Assembly (NCBI GenBank): GCA_031367385.1
Contig: JANLPS010000403.1
Location: forward strand, 1 to 18,538
Source of the DNA: Archangium sp.
GTDB taxonomy: Bacteria > Myxococcota > Myxococcia > Myxococcales > Myxococcaceae
DNA: 18,538 nucleotides
Reading direction: 5' to 3'
Position 1 is the first letter of the stretch. Each line of letters begins with the position of its first letter. The notes under the pieces were generated by a model. It ran no database searches, was not told where the DNA came from, and saw only the letters and a list, made by a program, of their open reading frames with translations. Below are positions 14,614-18,538 of this stretch, piece by piece. A program made the translations under genes and the position numbers.

Positions 14614-15285
14614 TCAGCTCGAGGCGGCGAGCTTCGCGCTGATGCGGTCGGTCACCGTGCGGTCTCGGGCCGTCAACTCGACCTCGCGCATCGCCTTGTC
14701 GAACGCGGTCTTCGCCGCAGCCGAGTCACCCAGCCGAATGATCAATTCAACCTCGGTGAGCCGGGCCTCGGTGTTGAGGGGCTCGAGCGAAAGCGCCTTC
14801 TGAATCGCGGCCATCGACTCGGGGTACCGACCCAGGCGGCCAAGGTAGTTCGACTTGCGCCGCAGCATCGACGGGTGCGACGGCGCCAGCGCGAGGCCCC
14901 GGTCGACGTCGGCGAGCGCATGTTCGAAGTCACCCGCCCGCGCCTGAATCACCGCGCGGTGGTCATACATCAAGGGGTCATCAGGGGCCGAGGCGATGGC
15001 ACGGCCGGCCATCTCGAGCGCTCCAGCCTGCTCACCCTGGCCCGCGAGCAGCACGGCAAGCTCGATCAACGCCGTGGTGTGCGTCGGTTCAGTCACGAGC
15101 AGCGCAGCGTAGGCGCGAATCGCCGCAGTCGCATCGCGTGAGGCGAGGGCGGCCCGCGCCACGGTGAGCAGCTCGGGCGGAGGCGGAGCCGCGATCGCCT
15201 TCACGCTCCGCAGGCAGAACGGGCACGCGTCGAAGCTCGCGTTGAATGGTCGCCCACAGCCCTCGCACCGAGTCGCCGCGCTCAC
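14614..15285 (-). CDS. TPR-repeat protein with N-terminal CxxC...CxxC zinc ribbon
   Basis: CEGC...CPFC, a Pro-rich linker, then TPR-like helices (AVIQARAGDFEHALADVDRGLALAP; LGRLGRYPESMAAIQKALSLEP). Confidence 0.82.
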   Translation of the reverse strand: MSAATRCEGCGRPFNASFDACPFCLRSVKAIAAPPPPELLTVARAALASRDATAAIRAYAALLVTEPTHTTALIELAVLLAGQGEQAGALEMAGRAIASAPDDPLMYDHRAVIQARAGDFEHALADVDRGLALAPSHPSMLRRKSNYLGRLGRYPESMAAIQKALSLEPLNTEARLTEVELIIRLGDSAAAKTAFDKAMREVELTARDRTVTDRISAKLAASS

Positions 15286-15292
15286 GAGCGCA

Positions 15293-15301
15293 AGTGTACC
15301 A
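15293..15301 (-). promoter_or_regulatory. Extended -10 element TGgTACACT upstream of the TPR gene
   Basis: TGnTAnnnT motif 7 nt before the GTG start; no SD sequence. Confidence 0.5.
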
Positions 15302-15307
15302 AAGCCC

Positions 15308-15601
15308 TTATTCGAGGGTGCCCTTCGCTTTGCCGGTCTTGATGTTGATGGTGACCTCGAGCTTGCCCTTGCCCTTGCCGCCCCACAGGTCGTCGTACGA
15401 AGCGCGCGCCGTCGCGACGACGATCTTCGCGTCTTTGACCCGGTAGGTCACCGTGCCGGTCACCTTGACGACGCCGTGGCCGGTGAGGGTGGCCAGGTCG
15501 GCGTGGTTGAAGATCTTGGCGGCCTTGGCCACCTCACGCATTTCGGTTTGAGTCGCAGGCTGCGCGTTCGAGGTCGTGCTGCGCGAGACAGGAGTGGTCA
15601 T
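15308..15601 (-). CDS. Small hypothetical protein (97 aa) with S/T-rich N-terminus
   Basis: Strong GC3 codon bias, Lys-rich beta-strand body, occupies the intergenic gap; no family recognised. Confidence 0.75.
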   Translation of the reverse strand: MTTPVSRSTTSNAQPATQTEMREVAKAAKIFNHADLATLTGHGVVKVTGTVTYRVKDAKIVVATARASYDDLWGGKGKGKLEVTINIKTGKAKGTLE

Positions 15602-15620
15602 GCCTCATTGAACATTGCCC

Positions 15621-15647
15621 AAAACGACTCTGCGCAACAGAATCGCC
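15621..15647 (-). terminator. Possible intrinsic terminator downstream of oxyR
   Basis: Minus strand CGATTCTG-TTGCG-CAGAGTCG stem-loop (one G-U pair) followed by TTTT. Confidence 0.4.
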
Positions 15648-15649
15648 AG
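15633..15649 (-). promoter_or_regulatory. Putative sigma54 promoter for the 97-aa gene
   Basis: CTGGCGATTCTGTTGCG matches YTGGC...TTGC with exact GG-N10-GC spacing, about 30 nt upstream of ATG 15601. Confidence 0.5.
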
Positions 15650-15692
15650 TGTGAACTCCAGAGGTCAGCGCACCGGGGCGATCTGACTCGAA

Positions 15693-16610
15693 TCACATCG
15701 CCCGAGGCAGGTGGTCACGAATCACTGCTCCCACGCCCCGCAGCGCCGGCTGCGCTGGCGTGCCCTTTCGCCAGACCATCGCCAGCGTGCGCTCGGGCAC
15801 TCTTGGAGAAAACGGCCGCACATGCAGCGTGCCCAACCGGTTCTCGAGCCGCAGCGACAAGGTGGGGAGCAACGTCACTCCGACTCCGCTGACTACCATT
15901 TGCGAGAGCGTGGTGAGGCTGGTCGCGCGAACGTCGAGATCGGCACCGGTGCGGCGGCCGCAGACGTCGAGCACCTGATTTCGCAAGCAGTGCCCTTCGG
16001 CGAGCACCAGCAGCTCTTCATTCTCGAGCGCGATCGCGTCGACCGGCTTGGTGCTCTTGGCCAATGCGTGCTCTTTGCTCGTGACCAGCACGAACGGGTC
16101 TTTGCCCACCACGAACGACACCGCGTCGGGCAGCAGGTCTGCCTCCATCGCGACCAGCGCTCCGTCGAGGCGACCCTCGCGCAGGTCTGCCATCAGCTCG
16201 GCGGTGCGGCCCTCAGACCAAGTGAAGCGCAGCGCAGGAAACTTGGCGCGCAGGGGCGCGGTGATTTCGGGCAGCAGGTACGGCCCCACCGTGGGGATGA
16301 CGCCCAGCCGCAGGCTCCCGGCAAAAGGGTCGGTGGCGCGCTGGGCTTCATCGAACAAGGCATCGGCCGAGCTGAGCAGGGCGCGAGCGCGTTCGACCAA
16401 CGCGACTCCGGCCGCAGTGAGCAAGACGCGCCGGGTGTCACGTTCGAACAACGTCAGCTTGAGCGCCGTTTCGACCTGCGCGATCTGCGCCGAGAGCGCC
16501 GGCTGTGAGACCGCGCACAGCACCGCGGCCTTGCGAAACGACTTGGTCTCAGCGAGCGCGACCACGTACTGCAACTGGCGCAGCGTCACCTGGAGCGGGC
16601 CAAAGCGCAT
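15693..16610 (-). CDS. oxyR: LysR-family hydrogen peroxide sensor OxyR
   Basis: LysR HTH TLRQLQYVVALAETKSFRKAA..VSQPALSAQI; GVIPTVGPYLLP; redox motif EGHCLRNQVLDVC (C-x8-C, as in E. coli C199/C208); ATSLTTLSQMV. Start placed at ATG 16610. Confidence 0.9.
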   Translation of the reverse strand: MRFGPLQVTLRQLQYVVALAETKSFRKAAVLCAVSQPALSAQIAQVETALKLTLFERDTRRVLLTAAGVALVERARALLSSADALFDEAQRATDPFAGSLRLGVIPTVGPYLLPEITAPLRAKFPALRFTWSEGRTAELMADLREGRLDGALVAMEADLLPDAVSFVVGKDPFVLVTSKEHALAKSTKPVDAIALENEELLVLAEGHCLRNQVLDVCGRRTGADLDVRATSLTTLSQMVVSGVGVTLLPTLSLRLENRLGTLHVRPFSPRVPERTLAMVWRKGTPAQPALRGVGAVIRDHLPRAM

Positions 16611-16659
16611 CACCACGCGCTGCCCCACCCAAACGCTCCGGGCCAACGGCCTTCGGTTT

Positions 16660-16688
16660 TTGACATCATCACCCCGGCCTTCTAACGC
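16660..16688 (+). promoter_or_regulatory. Putative sigma70 promoter toward atpA (TTGACA-N17-TAACGC)
   Basis: Perfect -35 at 16660-16665 with a 17-bp spacer. A second candidate extended -10 (TGgTATGCG) lies at 16778-16786. Confidence 0.5.
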
Positions 16689-16800
16689 TCTAGCTCGTTG
16701 AAATCAGGGCTGAATTACACCGTGTAGCCCGACTGATGGCCTGGGCGAAATTTGCCTCACAAGGCGCCAGACCCCCGTGGTATGCGCGCGACACTTTCGG

Positions 16801-16818
16801 TTCACTTTTTTCACTTTT
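16801..16818 (+). repeat. Tandem TTCACTTTT x2 in the U-rich atpA leader
   Basis: Perfect 9-bp tandem repeat immediately before the AAGGA SD; a third CACTTT lies at 16792-16797. Confidence 0.75.
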
Positions 16819-16832
16819 AAGGAAACACCCAA

Positions 16833-18395
16833 ATGCAGATTCGCGCCGATGAAGTCAGCCGCATTCTCCGCGAGCAGATTCAAGATTACGGCAAGCAGGT
16901 CACCGTGGCCGAGACCGGCACCGTGTTGTCGGTGGGCGACGGCATCGCGCGCGTGTACGGCCTCGACAATTCGCAGTCGGGCGAGCTGGTCGAGTTCTCG
17001 AACGGCGTTCGCGGCCTGGTGCTGAACCTCGAAGAAGACAACGTCGGCATCGCGATCATGGGTGACTTTCGCGCCATTCGCGAAGGCGATACCTGCAAGC
17101 GCACCGGGCAGATCGCGCAAGTGCCAGTCGGCAAGGGCTTGCTCGGCCGCGTGGTCGACGCGCTCGGCCAGCCGGTCGACGGCAAGGGCCCGATTCAATC
17201 AACCGAGTTTCGCCGCATCGAGCTGAAGGCCCCCGGCATCGTCAAGCGCAAGAGCGTGCACGAGCCGATGCAGACCGGCATCAAGGCGCTCGACGCGCTG
17301 GTGCCCGTGGGCCGCGGCCAACGCGAGCTGATCATCGGAGACCGGCAGACGGGCAAGACCGCCGTCGCCATTGACGCGATCATCAATCAGAAGAACCAGG
17401 GCGTGTACTGCGTGTACGTCGCCATCGGTCAGAAGCAGTCGACCGTCGCGCAGGTGGTCGAGAAGCTCCAGCGCTTCGGAGCGCTCGAGTACACCATCGT
17501 CGTCTGCGCCAACGCCTCAGACCCGGCGCCGATGCAGTTCTTCGCGCCGTACACCGGCTGCACGATGGGCGAGTACTTTCGCGACAACAAGATGCACGGG
17601 CTCATCGTGTACGACGACCTCTCGAAGCAGGCCGTGGCGTACCGCCAGCTCTCGTTGCTGTTGCGCCGACCTCCCGGCCGCGAGGCGTACCCGGGCGACG
17701 TGTTCTACATTCACAGCCGCTTGCTCGAGCGCGCCGCGAAGGTCTCAGACGCCGAGGGCGCTGGCTCGTTGACCGCGCTGCCGATCATCGAGACCCAGGC
17801 CGGTGACGTGTCGGCCTACATCCCCACCAATGTGATCTCGATCACCGATGGGCAGATTTTTCTCGAGACCGACTTGTTCATGTCGGGCATTCGGCCGGCG
17901 ATCAACGTCGGCATCTCGGTGTCGCGCGTGGGCTCGGCGGCGCAAATCAAGGCGATGAAGCAGGTCGCAGGGTCGCTCAAGCTCGACCTGGCGCAGTACC
18001 GCGAGTTGGCAGCGTTCGCGCAGTTCGGCTCAGACCTCGACAAGGCCACGCAAGACGTTTTGGCCCGTGGCGCGCGATTGACCGAGCTGCTCAAGCAGCC
18101 CCAGTACGAGCCGTTGCCGGTCGGTCACCAGGTGATGCAGATGTACGCGGGCATGAACAAAGACGACGCGGGCAAGCGCGGCTGGCTGCGCGAGATACCC
18201 GTGGCTGACATTACGCGGTGGGCGAAAGAATTCTTGGAGTTCGCGACCGCCAAGTTTCCCGGTATCGCGAAGCGCATCGCCGAGAAGCGCGAGCTGCCGG
18301 TGAATGACAAGAAGCAGGTCTCAGACCCCGAGTTGAACCAGGCGCTGACCGAGTTCAACGCAGCCTTCGTGAAGACGCCGGGCGCGAAGATTTAA
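16833..18395 (+). CDS. atpA: F0F1 ATP synthase subunit alpha
   Basis: [28 protein letters not shown] (Walker A), [56 protein letters not shown]. Confidence 0.99.
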   Translation: MQIRADEVSRILREQIQDYGKQVTVAETGTVLSVGDGIARVYGLDNSQSGELVEFSNGVRGLVLNLEEDNVGIAIMGDFRAIREGDTCKRTGQIAQVPVGKGLLGRVVDALGQPVDGKGPIQSTEFRRIELKAPGIVKRKSVHEPMQTGIKALDALVPVGRGQRELIIGDRQTGKTAVAIDAIINQKNQGVYCVYVAIGQKQSTVAQVVEKLQRFGALEYTIVVCANASDPAPMQFFAPYTGCTMGEYFRDNKMHGLIVYDDLSKQAVAYRQLSLLLRRPPGREAYPGDVFYIHSRLLERAAKVSDAEGAGSLTALPIIETQAGDVSAYIPTNVISITDGQIFLETDLFMSGIRPAINVGISVSRVGSAAQIKAMKQVAGSLKLDLAQYRELAAFAQFGSDLDKATQDVLARGARLTELLKQPQYEPLPVGHQVMQMYAGMNKDDAGKRGWLREIPVADITRWAKEFLEFATAKFPGIAKRIAEKRELPVNDKKQVSDPELNQALTEFNAAFVKTPGAKI

Positions 18396-18398
18396 CCC

Positions 18399-18538
18399 CA
18401 ATGCCGATCAGATAACGGAACGGTTGTGCGGGCCGTAGGGAGGATCATAGTGCGGCGATCTCGAAGTAAGGAGATCGCCCGATGCGCCTTGCCGATGCCT
18501 TGGTGACAGTTCCGCTCGCACTGCCCGAGAATTACGGG
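18399..18538 (+). mobile_element. IS4-family insertion sequence, left end (truncated by window end)
   Basis: Begins CAATGCCGATCAGATAAC and shares internal blocks with the element at 1-139. A hairpin and an AAGGAG SD precede the ATG at nt 84 of the element. Confidence 0.85.
18482..18538 (+). CDS. IS4-family transposase, N-terminal fragment (MRLADALVTVPLALPENYG...)
   Basis: AAGGAG SD, ATG at 18482, open to the edge; homologous to the fragment at 1-56. Confidence 0.7.
   Translation, partial: MRLADALVTVPLALPENYG

Noticed and set aside
16611..16646. Upstream oxyR start at 16646
   Set aside because: The LysR HTH begins a few residues after ATG 16610, which gives the typical length of about 305 aa.
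16691..16703. IHF-like site (minus strand TTTCAACGAGCTA)
   Set aside because: Two mismatches to WATCAANNNNTTR in a short motif; not distinguishable from chance.
139..18399. Bona fide composite transposon carrying the whole window
   Set aside because: The cargo is core housekeeping genes, the two IS copies are diverged, and outer ends and target duplications are not visible. Independent insertions are more parsimonious.
18396..18538. atpG start or an atpA terminator after atpA
   Set aside because: The downstream ORF does not resemble AtpG. The hairpin at 18454-18479 lacks a U tract and belongs to the IS end.

Overview
GC-rich chromosomal segment, most likely from a myxobacterium (Myxococcota), judged from a MYXO-CTERM-like motif, DAG/DGG linkers and a PilZ-PilZ-REC protein. 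Genes in order: hrcA, a GIY-YIG nuclease, a small membrane protein, an alpha/beta hydrolase, glutamine synthetase, a 1286-aa double kelch-propeller lipoprotein, ychF, a PilZ-PilZ-REC regulator, a hypothetical protein, an ECF sigma/anti-sigma/secreted protein cluster, an outer-membrane beta-barrel, a Zn-ribbon-TPR protein, a small hypothetical protein, oxyR and a stand-alone atpA. Both ends of the window, missed by the ORF track, are left ends of two diverged IS4-family elements reading outward. They share the terminus CAATGCCGATCAG, each lies exactly 3 bp after a TAA stop (hrcA, atpA), and each has a hairpin over its transposase RBS. Other points of interest: an internal MYXO-CTERM followed in frame by a second signal peptide (possible polyprotein), a cysteine-free ZAS-like anti-sigma, about 86-bp degenerate repeats echoing the 3' end of the OMP gene, a perfect 18-bp AT-rich palindrome, and several apparently leaderless genes. 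All calls come from reading motifs by eye; no searches were run.
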